From assembly GCF_035594765.1 (NCBI RefSeq), contig NC_085843.1:59256201-59320200 (forward strand): a DNA stretch of 64,000 nucleotides, written 5' to 3'. A program made the position numbers and the translations under genes. The stretch comes from Anolis carolinensis. Lineage: Eukaryota. Under the pieces are notes generated by a model. The model ran no database searches and was not told the DNA's origin. It was given only the letters and a program-made list of their open reading frames with translations. Positions within the stretch are counted from its first letter, which is position 1. The number at the start of each line of letters is the position of its first letter. Positions 37,450 to 50,895 of this stretch are shown one piece after another.

Positions 37450-37940
37450 AAATAACATGTTTTATGGGGGATAAATGTGTTGAGTTTGGTCCAGATCCGT
37501 CATTCGTGGTGGTTGTAGTTGTCCGTGTAAGTGGCGGCCAATCAGAAAGCTGCCACATACTCGCATACAAACATACATACATACATTGACTTTTATTATA
37601 CAGTAGAGTCTCACTTATCCAAGCCTCGCTTATCCAAGCCTCTGGATAATCCAAGCGATTTTTGTAGTCAATGTTTTCAATATATCATGATATTTTGGTG
37701 CTAAAGTCATAAATACAGTAATTACTACATAGCATTACTGCGTATTGAACTACTTTTTCTGTCAAATTTGTTGTATAACATGATGTTTTGGTGCTTAATT
37801 TGTAAAATAATAACCTAGTTTGATGTTTAATAGGCTTTTCCTTAATCCCTCCTTATTATCCAAGATATTCGCTTATCCAAGCTTCTGCTGGCCCGTTTAG
37901 CTTGGATAAGTGAGACTCTACTGTATATATAGATATAGAT
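37450..37940 (-). mobile_element. Possible Helitron 5' end fragment interrupted by a MITE
   Basis: Minus strand atctatatctatata...taataaaagtcaatgtatgtatg resembles a Helitron-type TC start. Confidence 0.45.
37601..37923. mobile_element. Tc1/mariner-type MITE
   Basis: Perfect TIR cagtagagtctcacttatccaag / cttggataagtgagactctactg; TA TSD. Confidence 0.93.
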
Positions 37941-38789
37941 ATGCTTCCTACGGAAAGCCTATGGACTGCAACAAGTCCATCTCTCTATTTTCTATGTCTT
38001 CCAGACAGTTATGTTTCAGTACCTTTATGGGAGTGACACCAGTTACAATGTCATTGTTGTGGGTGCCGTGCTCTCCTGTTTAACCATGCTGCCCAAGAGT
38101 TATCAAATGCCGCAATGATTATCTTAATGTGACCTGCAGATGAAGAACATTTGGTGGTTGTGCGGAAAGGGCATGGGCAAATATCACAATCCTTCAGCAA
38201 GGACGAGCTTTACTCCCAACACAGTTCCGCAACAGCACTACATGCACGGCTTTAACACCACCGTGCTGTACAATTTCATGTGAGCCATGGCTGTTTCTTC
38301 ACCATTTAGGTCACTTCCCCTTGGCTGCGGGGGGTATGGTTTTCTCCGTACTACGATTCTTCTTAATTTCATGTGTAATCTTGCTTGTGGCCCATCTGCT
38401 TCCTTCAGAGGATTGGATAAACATGGTTTTAAAAAAGAGCAAACTCCTTGATTGTTCTAGAGAATGACACTTGCAATATAGGGGATCATTCCCCCAACTT
38501 TCAGACATATCATACATAAACCAATTTATGGGAAATTTTAAAAGTTTTGACAGATCCTTTTTTCATTAAGAAATAGAATTTCTCTTTATTCAACAAATAA
38601 ACAGATTCATTCCGGAATCATTAATTCAGAAACTAAGATTTCTTATGAAAATTGTTACAATGCCTGGCATAACGGTAAAGCACGCATCAACTGGAACTAT
38701 ATTCACCTCCGGAGTGGCCGTTCAAAATATTCATTCCGAAATCATTAATCCGGAAACTCAGATCTTGGCCTGTCTCCATGGCCTGTCTC

Positions 38790-39900
38790 CAGGCTTTCTT
38801 CTTTCTCCCACCAATGTGCCATCAGAGAGAGGTAGGAATTGCCTTCTCCTAAGCTCAACCAAATGTTGGAAATGAAATTGATGTAGCCCCCCATGGCGCA
38901 CTGCAACATCTTGGCAACACATTCCTTGCAGCCCTCATACAAGCCGAGTATCACAGTTCAGGAGAAGATGGTGCGAGAGGGGATTTTTTACCGGGGACAC
39001 ACAAGTTGCATCAAGTGAATGAAGCCTTCTTGCTCCACCATGCGGAAGGGCTGGTGGTTGAGAGCATTATCTTTCCCACACACTGGGTGATCTGCTGGGG
39101 GGTGGGCAGCGTTTTCCCCGTTCTCTTCCTGTCCATGGGATGGCCCCAAACATCTAAGGTGGCCTGAATCTGTCTCCTGCCATCGAGAGAAGGTGAAGTG
39201 GGAGTACTTTGACTGCTGCTGCAGGGGCTGACGGCTTCCTCCACCAATGAAATTGTTGGGTGATACCTCTTCATGTGCACCCTCAACCTTGCGGTGGCCA
39301 GATGCCTCAAGTCTTTTCCTCTGTTAATGTTGGTACCACAGTGCCTGCAAACATCCACAGTGGCAAGCTGGGCATGGACACTAAAATGGTCCCAGAGGAA
39401 AGACTTTGGCCTTCCCAATGCTGCAGTGCCTCAGGACTTTCATCTGCTGCTAATGGGGCTGGGTGGGAGGTGTTGTTGGCAATGGGAAGGCCTCCTGAGA
39501 AAGACCCTTATTGGAAGGATCTTCCTCCTCCTCTTCCTCACTGTCAGATGAGAGGAGAGTGGGGGAGAGGCAAACAATTTCTTGGTTGGCCCCCACCTCA
39601 GGCTCCAAGACAACAACACCAACAACTTCCTGCATTAGGTCAGTGGTGGCTGCTGGAACGGATGACTGCCTCAGGGTCGGGGGGGGGGGTCTAATTTCTG
39701 CAGTTGAACAGGTGGCTGAATCACCATCTCCACCACCTCCCACAGTTTTACGTTGCTGCTGGCTGGCTGGCCCCTCCCTTTATTGCCACGTCGCAAAGTA
39801 CGGGCAGTGACTTGGCCAGAAGTCAGATGACCTGACTCGCTTTCACTGGAACTCTTCATGTTAGCAGAGAGAGTGTCTTGAGGAGGCCAATCAAACAAAT
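38790..39900 (-). pseudogene. hAT (ZBED-like) transposase N-terminal part
   Basis: BED finger WDHF...CRHC...HMKRYH (ORF 39011-39418); frameshifted HQPFRMVEQEGF...KIPSRTIFS and INFISNIW...SYLSLMAHWW, with the first catalytic Asp position now Asn. Confidence 0.88.
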
Positions 39901-40110
39901 GCACAAAACAAGAGAGGGAGGGAGGGCCTTGCCTGAACTAAAAGAATTCACCAATGTAACTTGGCTGGGGTCCCCAGACTTAGGGCCAAAGGATTCACCA
40001 GCTAATTTTGTTTTTATGAAAGATGGGACACATAGTGCCTTGAAGAGGCCAAACAAACAAACATAAAACAATTCCTTTCCCCTAGTACCAAGATACCACT
40101 AACCCCCCCC

Positions 40111-40112
<2 letters not shown>

Positions 40113-40186
<74 letters not shown>
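40113..40186. repeat. (CA)n(TA)n microsatellite
   Basis: Direct reading. Confidence 0.97.
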
Positions 40187-40187
<1 letters not shown>

Positions 40188-42586
40188 TACTTCTAGCTGC
40201 TTGATTTTAAAATAAAATGCATCAGATACTTAAAGTAAGTTTAGCCCTCCCAAACCCCACTTTTTCTCAAAAGTAAAATTTCTTTTTCTTTTGCTTCTTT
40301 ATTTTAGAATTTTAAAAGAAAAAACCAACTACCCCCTTTCCCACCCCAACCCAAAAAATGCCTTTTCTTCTTGGTTAAGAGTAGAGTTCTTCTTTCAATG
40401 GCTGCCCCACAACAACAGGCCAGGCCAGGCAGTCAGTGAGTCAGGCAGGAAAAATAAAGACCAGCTGGTAGCCTGCCACCCTCTCCCTCCAACTCCCAAG
40501 CCCAGAATGAGCCTCGTGGATTGCATCAGGCACTTTCAGGGAAGATGTCCGAACCCCTCCCCTTGCATGAACGTGCAAAATGATTGGTCAGGGAGGCAAG
40601 CCCAGGCTAGGCTCCTCCTCCTTGAAAACCAAGTTTAGTTGCATCCAGAATGCTTCCTTATATATCCGAACATATTTCCGAGCCCATTGAATGAATAAGC
40701 TCCAACACTTCGAAATAGTTGTTTATTTCCAAAGCGCTAACACACGTCAGAACCCCATTCGCAAATCAGATTAAATATGATTTTAATCCTATTTATGATT
40801 ATTCCAATTCATTCGCACATGCCTACTGGCCACAACTCATGTTGTTTTTGAAAACTTTATTCTATAAATAGTGGAGAGAGTAACTGCCTTGTTTTGTCCT
40901 GATGTGTTCAGAAACATTTCACTTCTATAGTTGAAATAAAGCTTTTCTGTTAGTTTAGAGCTGTTAAATCAAAAAATTCCATCTGTCTGTGTTACAAGAC
41001 TTATGGTACTCACTTGCTTTCTAATATTAATTTTTAAAAACTTGTACTGATACAGTTGTCAGAGAGATTGAATCCAGAAGAAAGTTTGTCAATTTGATTT
41101 CAGAAAGGTGAAATCTATAACCACTTTTACCATGTGAAATAATAAATCACAGGTATTTGTCAAGACATACAGAATTAATAATGAAATTATTAAATTTATC
41201 TCAAAATATTGTTCCTGCTATTGAAAACAAAAAACTTTCCAGGAAAAAAATCTATTACATTTATGGTCTGCTGTGTATCAATATGAATTTAAACTTCATT
41301 TGATGAGCAGTGAGATGCATGTTCCAAAAAACCATCAGAAGAGCTCAAGCAGAGTTAGCAAATTAAGATTGCAATACTACAGTAAGTCCTCTACATTTGC
41401 TTGGGTTAGGGGCACAAGACCCCCATGAAAGTGAAGACCTGTGATTCAATGATCAACCTCCAGTGGAAGCATGCTTCAAAGTAGACATCCATCAAACTGT
41501 CTAGTACTTTTATCATTTATCATCACCCTACCAGTGCTGGTCCTATCAGGAGGAAATAGGATTATCTGACAGAAGAAATCTCAGTATTAACAGGGCTAAT
41601 TGCACAGGCTACTGAACTCTATATTATAGTTAGTTCTTTTGAATTCTACAGGTTCCTTAAATCTTCAGCATCTTTCTATTAGTAAGCAGTGCACTCCCAC
41701 TGATTAAATGTGTCTGCATAAATAATTTAATTCTTTTATGAAGCACTTTTTAGAATAACAAATGTTTTCATTGGATCATGGAAGGAGTTATAGTGAGGGC
41801 ATTTCATTTCTAACATACCTTTAGTAATCATCTAAGTTCTACAGATAATTATTTATTGTTTAATTAAATTGTATACTAGAAATATAAAGAACATTAGGAT
41901 AAAACATCATGTCAAATCCAAAAGGTTACAATAAAATTTGAACACAACACTGCCTACTTGTAAAAAGTCTAGTAAGGTAACATTGGTTATATAGTTCAAA
42001 AAGTTATCACTTGGAAGAATAAACAGTGGTTGGTCTGAAGTGTTTGAATTATTAATTGAGTCAGACTCACCAAAATGATGTACATTAATTGGTTTGCAAG
42101 ACAACCTAAGCAATATGTTGAAATAACTGCTCTATACTAATATAGTCCAGGCAATTAAATACTTGGCTTAAAACTGCCCAAGCAGTCTTAAGGGACATTT
42201 AGGACAGACATCAGTTCAAATTCCTGTCTTATCAATTAGCCAATACAGATATCTTTGTGTAAGCACTTGTAGCTCTGTTTAATTCAAACAGCCACCTTTT
42301 AAAGTTTGAAGATGCTTAGGTTTCATTAAGTGTATTTCCAACTCTTGCTTAATAAGAATATTGACACTTTGAAGATGTTACATATCAGCTCAAGATGATA
42401 ATCAGTTCTCATTTATGGATACATTTTCATTGACACAATTAGTGTAAGTAGATGCACATATTTTCATGTAATGAAGTACACTGGCAATTTTTGCTCTGAA
42501 ATAAAATAGTGGCTTTAGTTAAAATTAGTTTGTTTGATCCTACTCTATATATCTTTTTTATTCCAAAATTATTTCCATATCAAAAT

Positions 42587-42810
42587 TATTTATTTATTTA
42601 CACCATTTATATTCCGCCCTTCTCACCCCGAAGGAGACTCAGGGCGGATCACATTACACATATAGGCAAACATTCAATGTCTTTTAACATAGAACAAAGA
42701 CAGACAAACATAGGCTCCGAGCGGGCCTCGAACTCATGACCTCCTGGTCAGAGTGATTCATTGCAGTGATTCATTGCAGCTGCTCTCCAGCCTGTGCCAC
42801 AGCCCGAGTC
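42587..42810 (-). mobile_element. tRNA-derived SINE with L2 tail (Anolis SINE2-like)
   Basis: Minus-strand head ggctgtggcacaggctgg, B-box gagttcgagg, tail gccctgagtc...agaagggcgg then (TAAA)n; same family as 50896-51128. Confidence 0.85.
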
Positions 42811-42872
42811 ACTAAATAGCCAGTGAATATTCTTTAACAGTTGGGAGAAAAATATCTTTGCTGCCTCAAGAA

Positions 42873-43040
42873 CAGGCATGGACAAACTTCGGCCCTCCAG
42901 CTGTTTTGGACTTCATCTCACAAAATTCCTAACAGCCTCAGACCCTTTCTTTTTTTTCCCCTGAGACACTTAATCTGCTGTTAGGATCTGTGAGAGTTTA
43001 AGTCCAAAACACCTGGAGGGCTGAAGTTTGCCCATGCCTG
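42873..43040. mobile_element. hAT MITE
   Basis: TIRs caggcatggacaaacttc / gaagtttgcccatgcctg; palindromic interior. Confidence 0.88.
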
Positions 43041-43189
43041 TTCTAGAAGGTAACACCACCACAGTGAGAGGGACAGAAACATTTTAAAATATTATTTTTG
43101 AAGATTGAATGAGATAGAGGTAGTTGATAATCAAGTTCACTTTGATTTATGGTAACTGTATAAATAAAAGACCTCCAAAATAACAGATG

Positions 43190-43735
43190 GGGCGGACTTT
43201 AGCACAGCAGGTTAAACCACCAACTGCAATAAATCTTGTCAGTTGAGAGGTTGACAGTTCAAAGCTCGGGGCAGGGTGAGCTCCTTACCTTTAGCCCAGC
43301 TTCTGCCAACCTAGTGGTTCAAAAGCAAAACGTGAGTAGATAAATAGGGACCACTTAAAAGCAAGGAGGGATTAATTCACCCATAAGGAAGTGCCAAAAA
43401 AATGCTAGCAATTTGATCAAAAAAGAGGAGGAACTTAAAAAACGTAATAATCAACTTTGTTTATAACCTATCACCACCTCCCCCAAAGGACTCAGGGTGG
43501 CTCACAAAAAGGTCTTCAGCAGGGAGATGGAATGACAGCACCCCCCCCCCCCCCCCGTGGCCAGAACCGAGCACAAGCCTCCAAGAAGCTGAAGATGGGA
43601 AAAGCCTATATATACCTCTATCTATGTTCAATTGCCTGTCTTGTCTGTGTATAAAATGGCATTAAATGTTTGCCTTGAGTCCCCTTTGGAGTGAGAAGGG
43701 TGGGATGTAAATACTGTAAATAAACAAATAATAAA
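43190..43735 (+). mobile_element. Diverged SINE pieces: Sauria-like head, L2-type tail
   Basis: ccagcttctgccaacctag at about 43297-43315; gccttgagtcccc...gagaagggtggg tail at 43672-43730. Confidence 0.6.
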
Positions 43736-43759
43736 AACAGAACACTATTATAAACAGCC

Positions 43760-43890
43760 ATCATCCACTGTGACTTCTTTGACTGAATCTATCTACTAAC
43801 AATGCAATCTTTCTTTTTTCCAAATATCTTATACCTTGCCAAACAACATTGTCTTTTTAGCGAGTCATGTCTTCTCATGATACATCAAAA
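43760..43890 (-). mobile_element. Old BovB/RTE 3' fragment
   Basis: catgtcttctcatgat...caaaa resembles the reverse complement of 27430-27530. Confidence 0.45.
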
Positions 43891-45589
43891 GCATATGCAT
43901 TTTCCTACTGTTTTGGCCAAAGCCTTTTGTTTTGACATTTCATTTTTCTAGAAGTGGATAGGGGAGAACACATAGTGGCATGTATGAAAAAAAGTGTTGA
44001 AGGCATCATTTAATTTTCCATGCCAGATAACATTCACAATTAACTGAAGTTCACAAACAAAAAACAATAGGAGGTTTATTTGCCTCACTTGCTGTGTAAT
44101 AGAAATAACAACTATTAATAGTTATTTTCATTGTGTTTGTCCTTTGATATTAAGGAAGAAAAAAAATAGATTAAGAGCTCTCAACCAGTCTGTTTCTAAT
44201 GTAGTCTTTAAAAAACCATGGTACCATAACCAAAAACCATAACGTAACAGGTCACATTCCCCAAAGATTTACTTAATAATTCATTCTTTCATTCAGAAGC
44301 AAAAGAACAATTGTATTGTGTAAGTATCCTTTCATCATATTCAGATGTTTTATTTAATCAGAAACATTGTACAACATCCGGACATTGAGATAGAAATGGA
44401 ACAAATTCATGAAATCATCACAATTTTTGATTAATGTATATAATATATACACACACACACCTTTTTTTAGATGATTTACTAAGCCAGAAATTCCTGTTGT
44501 TGCCATAATTAATGCACATGCTGAAGGTTCATTCTATATCACATTTTTTACACCAAGGGATATGCATTCCTTTATTAACATGTTTTCTTTAATATAATTA
44601 AACAGTTAAGTATTTATTCAGCTATAAAACCATAAACTCAATGGTTGTGTGTGATCGTATAGGAAACTATGTATATGCAAGTCTTGCTATTTATTTATAT
44701 ACTGATTATAATTTAAGAAAAGTAAATTAACTGGATTGGATTTCTATAAAGATATCACTTTTACTCCTTCCAAAATTGGCAGTGGAACAAAATACTTCTT
44801 CCATTGGAAGTGTGCACTTGCAATCTTGCAAACGTAATGTCATTTCATAGCAACAATGAACTAATTCCCAGTGCTACAACACTGAGATAATTTTAGTACT
44901 CTAAGGTATAGTTTTCTGTGCTCTAGAAATGACACTATTAACTCTTTAGGAAGGCTTCCTAAAAGTGTTTGTAGTCTTTTGATAAATTGCTCTGTGTGCC
45001 TTGTAGTTCCTCCTCCTCCTCCTTCTCTTCCTACTACTACTACTACTACTATTTAAAGAAAAAAATAATTTTGAAAAAAAAGGAAGGAAACAGGTGAGAT
45101 CAGTCCTTGGTGTAGAGAAAGGACAGCCCAGAAAGATTAATACAAAAAGGCTTTATCTTCAAAATGCAGAAGAAAAATATCTCGTTCCCCTTGTATTTCT
45201 CATACAGTGGCCTTTTGATGCCATTGCTACCCAACATTTTGCCAGTTGCTTGAGAGTTCAAGTTACTTGAGTTCTGATTAACTGAAAATCTACCATACCA
45301 TACTTTCACCATCTTGTAACCAATGTGAAGGGAAGTGATTCTTTCCTGATTTCACATTGTGTTTCAGAAGCATTTTGGAGTTTTCAAAGTATACAATGAT
45401 GTGGGTGACTTCTTGTCATCCTCCTCAGTTGGAATGTTGAAATTATCCGACACATGATGTCACTTGGAAATACTTTCTTATTCATTTGAATCCAGTGTAG
45501 CATGTCATACAAGCTACCACATCCCCACCAAAATCAATTAGGTTCATGTAATCCATGACAATCATCAACATTGCAAACATAGCCAAAAA

Positions 45590-45900
45590 TAAATCAGAAA
45601 TACTCTAAAAATCAAAATTGTCCACATGGAGGGTGGAGCCCATAGCACTTTGATGGTTCAATGTACACAAACTTGTTTCATAGACAAAGTTATTTAAAAT
45701 ATTACACAAAATTACCTTCAGACTATGGGCATAAGGTGTATATGAGGAATGAATAAATTCCATGTTTAGACAAGGGTCACATCTTCATGTTATCTCATTA
45801 TGTCCATATATGCAAATACAGATATTCCAAAATAAAAAAAAATCTAAAACCTGAAGCCCTTCTCAAGCTAAGCATTACGGATAAGGAATGTTTGACCTGT
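45590..45900 (+). mobile_element. Tigger4/MER46-like DNA transposon derivative
   Basis: gatggttcaatgtacacaaacttgtttcat...aaaattaccttcag...gcattacggataaggaatgtttgacctgt. Confidence 0.65.
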
Positions 45901-47959
45901 TCTTAGACTGGTGGAATTAAATATTTACTGTCATTGAACTAACTGGATAATTTTGGGCTGGTCCCAATCTAGCTTAATTTACAGGGCTACTGTGAAAATC
46001 TGTATGAGGGACAGAAGGAGCTATGCCACATTGAATTCTAAGGAGGAAAGATGGGATAAAATTCAATAGATAACACCATGACCACTTTTTCTGTTGAGGC
46101 AACATGTGCAGAAATTCACCTGAGTTCCTTAAATGAAGCAAATAATTGATCATAGCTGAAGGAATGATAAAGCAAACGTAACTTGCTGAAATTCAGATAG
46201 GCAATGGAAATCCTTCTCTAGATTTTGCAAATCACTAAGGATGACCTAATCTGAAGGACATACTGTCAGTCTGAATCACCCAGCATTGTATGAAGCAAGA
46301 AAACAATATTCAGGGAGTTCATTAGTAGGCAATTCTCGCTATAATTTAGCATCTTTTGGTATGCACATTTTTTCTGGTAGCTGTGATGATTAGCTCATTG
46401 AAAAAGGTCAGACCAAGAAATGGGAAACTGAGAAGATGTGGAATGGCATCAATTAAAAAGAAATTGCATGTTTTGAGGATCTGAGCATGCTGAAAATCAG
46501 GAAGATAACCAGATGAGTTTGGAATAAAGCCAAAGTTAAATTATGGGCTGGAAGAAGAAATTGGTTGGCTTAATAGTTTGGGACACTATGAAAATTCATG
46601 TCATGGTGTTCTTTTAAGGAAAAATTTGACTTTCACAAAAAAATTGAAGACTATGAAACTTTGTAGGAAAAAATACTACCAACTTTTAAATCTGTGAGCA
46701 GCAAATGACATAACCGTTTCCCTCCCAACAGATAATTAGAAGGTTTAGTGGACTGGTGACTTTTTAATACTGTGTGTGACATTAATCCCTGAATTAGCTT
46801 TTTGCTTTTGTTATGAAAATAATAAACTTATTTTGGAGCAAGCAATTTTTTGTGTTAAAAGGGAAAAAACAATGCCTTAGACTTTCAGAAGCAGAGATAT
46901 GCTTCAAAGGAAACTCCTTTGGAATGGCTGACCTATGTACATACTTCAGACTAATTAACTAAAAGCTCACAATGTTCATTCAAACCCGATGCTGGGTAGA
47001 AAAGGCCATTAGACACAGAAATCAAAGATATGATGATTACAGTGTTGAAGCAGGTCATTTGCTTGCTCTGTAGAAGAAATCTATTTCCTTGAGATGCTCT
47101 TTCCATGCACCCAATTTCCCAAGTGGATTCCCATTTTCTGCAAACCCAGCTCATTAGCATGAGATTCCATGTCTCATGTACCTCATTACCCATATCACAT
47201 TTCCCCTAGAAAGACTTTACCATATATATATCTGAATTCAGAATATATATTCTTTGCCCTTCTTTGTCCTGGACAGCAAAATCTCTGTTTGCCTATTATC
47301 AATAAGAATGAATGTGACTCAGCTCTTTCATACAAAAAAGAGAAGATTCTGACAGTTTCTATTTCAGGTTTCATCCACATTTTAAGATATAGCAGTTGGT
47401 ATCTACTGTTCTGTATGTAGAAGATAATCTCACTTAATACTTGTCAGACTCTCTTAACCTTGCTGTACTGTTTCTGGTGCATATTAAGCATATTAGAAGA
47501 AGGAGAATTACAGCTTTCTACTGTGAGAAGGTCTTTAAGATTCTCATAGAGTAGAGGCTATGAAGCTGAGAAATATTTCATTCTTTCCAGGAGGCAGGTT
47601 AGACATATTTTAATCTTCATTTTACTTTAGTTGATCACATTAATTCTTTCTAAACATTAGGTCCTCAGTTGAAGTTGCTACATAATACAGAAAGATTGTG
47701 ATTTCACCTATCCAGTTACATTTGGCTGAAACTTAGGTTGGCTAATATACCCTAAGGGGCTTGACTATTATTTTAATTTCTTTGGCTTATACTCCTGATC
47801 TTTAAAAACTTCATAACTTATTGCATTTCTGGATTCTTATTAGATGGCTATTCTTCTGTGCTGTGCTACTAGGACAAATAGAGATTTTTAAAATATACAT
47901 ACACAGTGTACTTCCTCGTGTTCATGTAATAAACATTATACATATATCAAGAGCTCAGT

Positions 47960-48185
47960 ACCTTATAGAAGTATTCAGCATCAACCCCCAGCCCATTCTG
48001 ACTTCCCTGTGGTTTGCTGGTTGCCAGTTTGTTTTGGTTTAACTTTTGTTCTATATTAAAAATATTTTGCACTTTCATGGTGTTGAGTATTTTGTGTACA
48101 AATAGTGATAATGGTACTAATCGAATTCATTTTTATTCCAGATTGTAATAACAAAAGAGGTAAGTACATTAGTAAAGAACTGTAT
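47960..48185. mobile_element. Degenerate Tc1-like terminal region
   Basis: aaaatattttgcactttca...attccagattgtaa...aactgta resembles Tc1 TIR ends. Confidence 0.4.
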
Positions 48186-50895
48186 ATGTGAGGTACATGT
48201 GGCCTCCTGAGTTCTAACCATGTGTTTCCATCCTTGATTGGATGGAAGCAAGGGGTTTACATGACTGAATTCTGGAAAAATGAGTGCCTAAGTGACTTTA
48301 GCTCTAGTGCTAAAGGGATCTCTCATCTCTCTGTCATTCTCTGTAGTATATAGAGGAAAGCCCTTTGGTTATATCTGTACAGCTGGTCTTGAAACTAGCA
48401 TATGTACCAAAATACACGTCTTTATTTGAGAGAAGAAGACTTTTCCAGATAATGAACTTTTAATCAAAAAGTAAAAATGGGAAAAAATTCATGTGATAAA
48501 TGCTGAAAGCTATACCAGAGGAGGGAGTAAGGTGAATGAAGACAGCAACCACTCCATTAAATTGTAAAAGATAAGGAAAGAAAGTCATATTTTAACCATT
48601 AGCAAGGGAGGGGGCAGGGAAGAATTAGATTCCCCCCCCCCCCCAATCTTTCTTCCCTCTTTAGAGTTTCTTTGGAATACACACAAAAGGGAGAGAAACA
48701 AAGGTCACTCAAGATAAACCCCAAAGGAAAACAGGAGGAGATATTTTTAGGCATGAGATGCCTTTTCAGGCAAAGGACTAATAAATGGCATAGTGGGGAA
48801 CATCTCTCCTGACACATAGCAGAGCAGCTGCTATGGGGGTAAGCCTTTGGGCAAATCTAGTTTTCCTAATTCATTTGCAGAAACCTAAATCTGGATGTTA
48901 TGCCTCTGTTAGAGGACAATGCAACTGACAAAAATAACTCCTATCCCTAGTCAGAAGTTATGGTCCAGAAGAAGCTACTTCTCTGTCTTTCTGGAAAATA
49001 GAGGGGAAGAAATTTCTCTATGATTGTTTAGCTTTGGGGCAGAATTGTGCTTCTAGACAGAGAATAAAAATATACATAATAAAATTCTATATTGCACTGG
49101 AGAAAATTAATGACTTACTCAGACTCTTTCTATATATCCCTAGAACTCATTGTAAAATGAGGAATTACATATACTTCAGAGACAGATCTTCCAGGAGACT
49201 CCATCGATATAGATTCACTAGGTTGCAAACCATTCGTTTAACATCAATAAATCTTTTTTTCATACCTGTGCCAATACCTGATTTTTACTATTCTTGGATA
49301 TTTTGGATTTGCTGACCTTGATCAAGTCCCCCAAATTTTCCCCATTCTGTGGTTGTTGCCCACCCAGCACTGCTATTTGCATTGTGAAGAACTCTATCAG
49401 TACAAGCAATAACATCAGGGCATGGATAATGATTGGTGAATTTTTAAAGGTATTCTCCAAATCCCAATGCTGTTGAAATTCAAGTCTGGTTACAAATATT
49501 TTTTCAAATTATGTCTAATAAAGTAGTGGGACATTAAAAACTTAGAGGTAAATGAGTGAAAAGTGCCAGAGGTTCAAGAAGTGATATTGGTTTCTTTTAT
49601 TACAACCCCCATAATACTCCAGCCAGCATGGCCAGAAACCGGGTGATTTGCCTGGCCCTGCATTTATTCAGTTAGGATTAATTATCTTGACAGTAGCAGG
49701 GTTTTTTTTTTTTAAAAAAACCCATTATCATCAACATCACCGGAGACTCTAGATCCAGTATCTGTCTGTTTTATATATGCCCATCTCCTTCTCATCATTT
49801 CTCTGTTAATTACAGCAATTATCATGAGTATATTTTAGCAGTGGGTGCTGTTGCCCAATAGCATGACAGCAGTCTACTTGCTGGTATTTTGCAAAAGCCA
49901 GCTCTTCTTGCCCCCAAATGTTTAAAAGCCATTTTCTCTCATGTAATTTTCTTACCCTGTCAGAGAAGAAAATATAGCTAAGAAGAACTAGATAACAACT
50001 GCCAGCAATTTTAAGGAAATCATCTCTGAATCAGTGAGTCAGGTAAAGTTGCCAGCACGTAATTATCCCCTTCATATGTCCCACAGATTTTAGAGTCAGA
50101 GAGCAATTCTACATGTTTAGTCTTGATCTTGATTTTCTATAACTGTAACAGCAGCAATATTTCTTCATTAACAGGTAAAAAACACATAATTCAAATAGCA
50201 GGAAACCTGTATTCTTGCTTTCCTCAGGTTCTTCCTCCTAGCTTCAGTTCTAACATGTGCTTCTTCAGTCTCTATTTTTATGCTGTTATCCCAGCTTTCC
50301 CTCCCCTTCCTCCCTCTCTTCCTATACACAATTTAATACCAGCAAACTCAGCCAGGTAGTCACTATGCTTCTATTAAATAATGCTTGTGCAGCAGATGGC
50401 AGAAATGACTAAGCATGCATTTGCTACAATAATATAAGGAACAACAGCAACAATAACAAATCCGCCAGCTGGCTTTCTTCACTGCTATTACATAGTATCA
50501 TGCTGTTTAAGAACATTACTTTTAAAATTGGCTTTTTGGCAGTGACAACGCTGGGACTGTGAGTGGCACAATAGGCAGCCACATATGGGTTATTTAAAAC
50601 ATTTGTGTCCCACTTCTCCTCCAAGTGGCTTAGAAGAGCATTTTAACTACACATCCATCCTATTGAGAGAAATTGTGTAGGCCACTTAGGTGGTTGGAAC
50701 AGGGGTAGTCAAAATGCAGCCCATGGGCTAATAGAAGTTCCTATCCTTTTGGCAGTCCCCTGTTCCCAGGCTAACATGTCCCCCAATTTCCTTATAATGG
50801 AAAACTACTCTACTTCAATCTTTGGCTAGTTTAATTTCCCTTAAAAAACATACATGAATCCTTCACCTACCTCTCATTTAATGAAAAATGGAACT

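Larger units (their letters stand above)
35608..40825 (-). mobile_element. Composite hAT DNA transposon (5.2 kb)
   Basis: TIRs tatgcatgtgcga / tcgcacatgccta; exact 8-bp TSD ctggccac at 35600-35607 and 40826-40833; internal transposase remnant. Confidence 0.8.

Noticed and set aside
39011-39418. BED zinc-finger ORF as a domesticated ZBED gene
   Set aside because: Frameshift, downstream stops, mutated catalytic Asp and truncation; it sits within TIRs and a TSD
48120-48170. AG|18 nt|GTAAGT microexon-like pattern
   Set aside because: Lies within a Tc1-like terminal remnant, with no independent support
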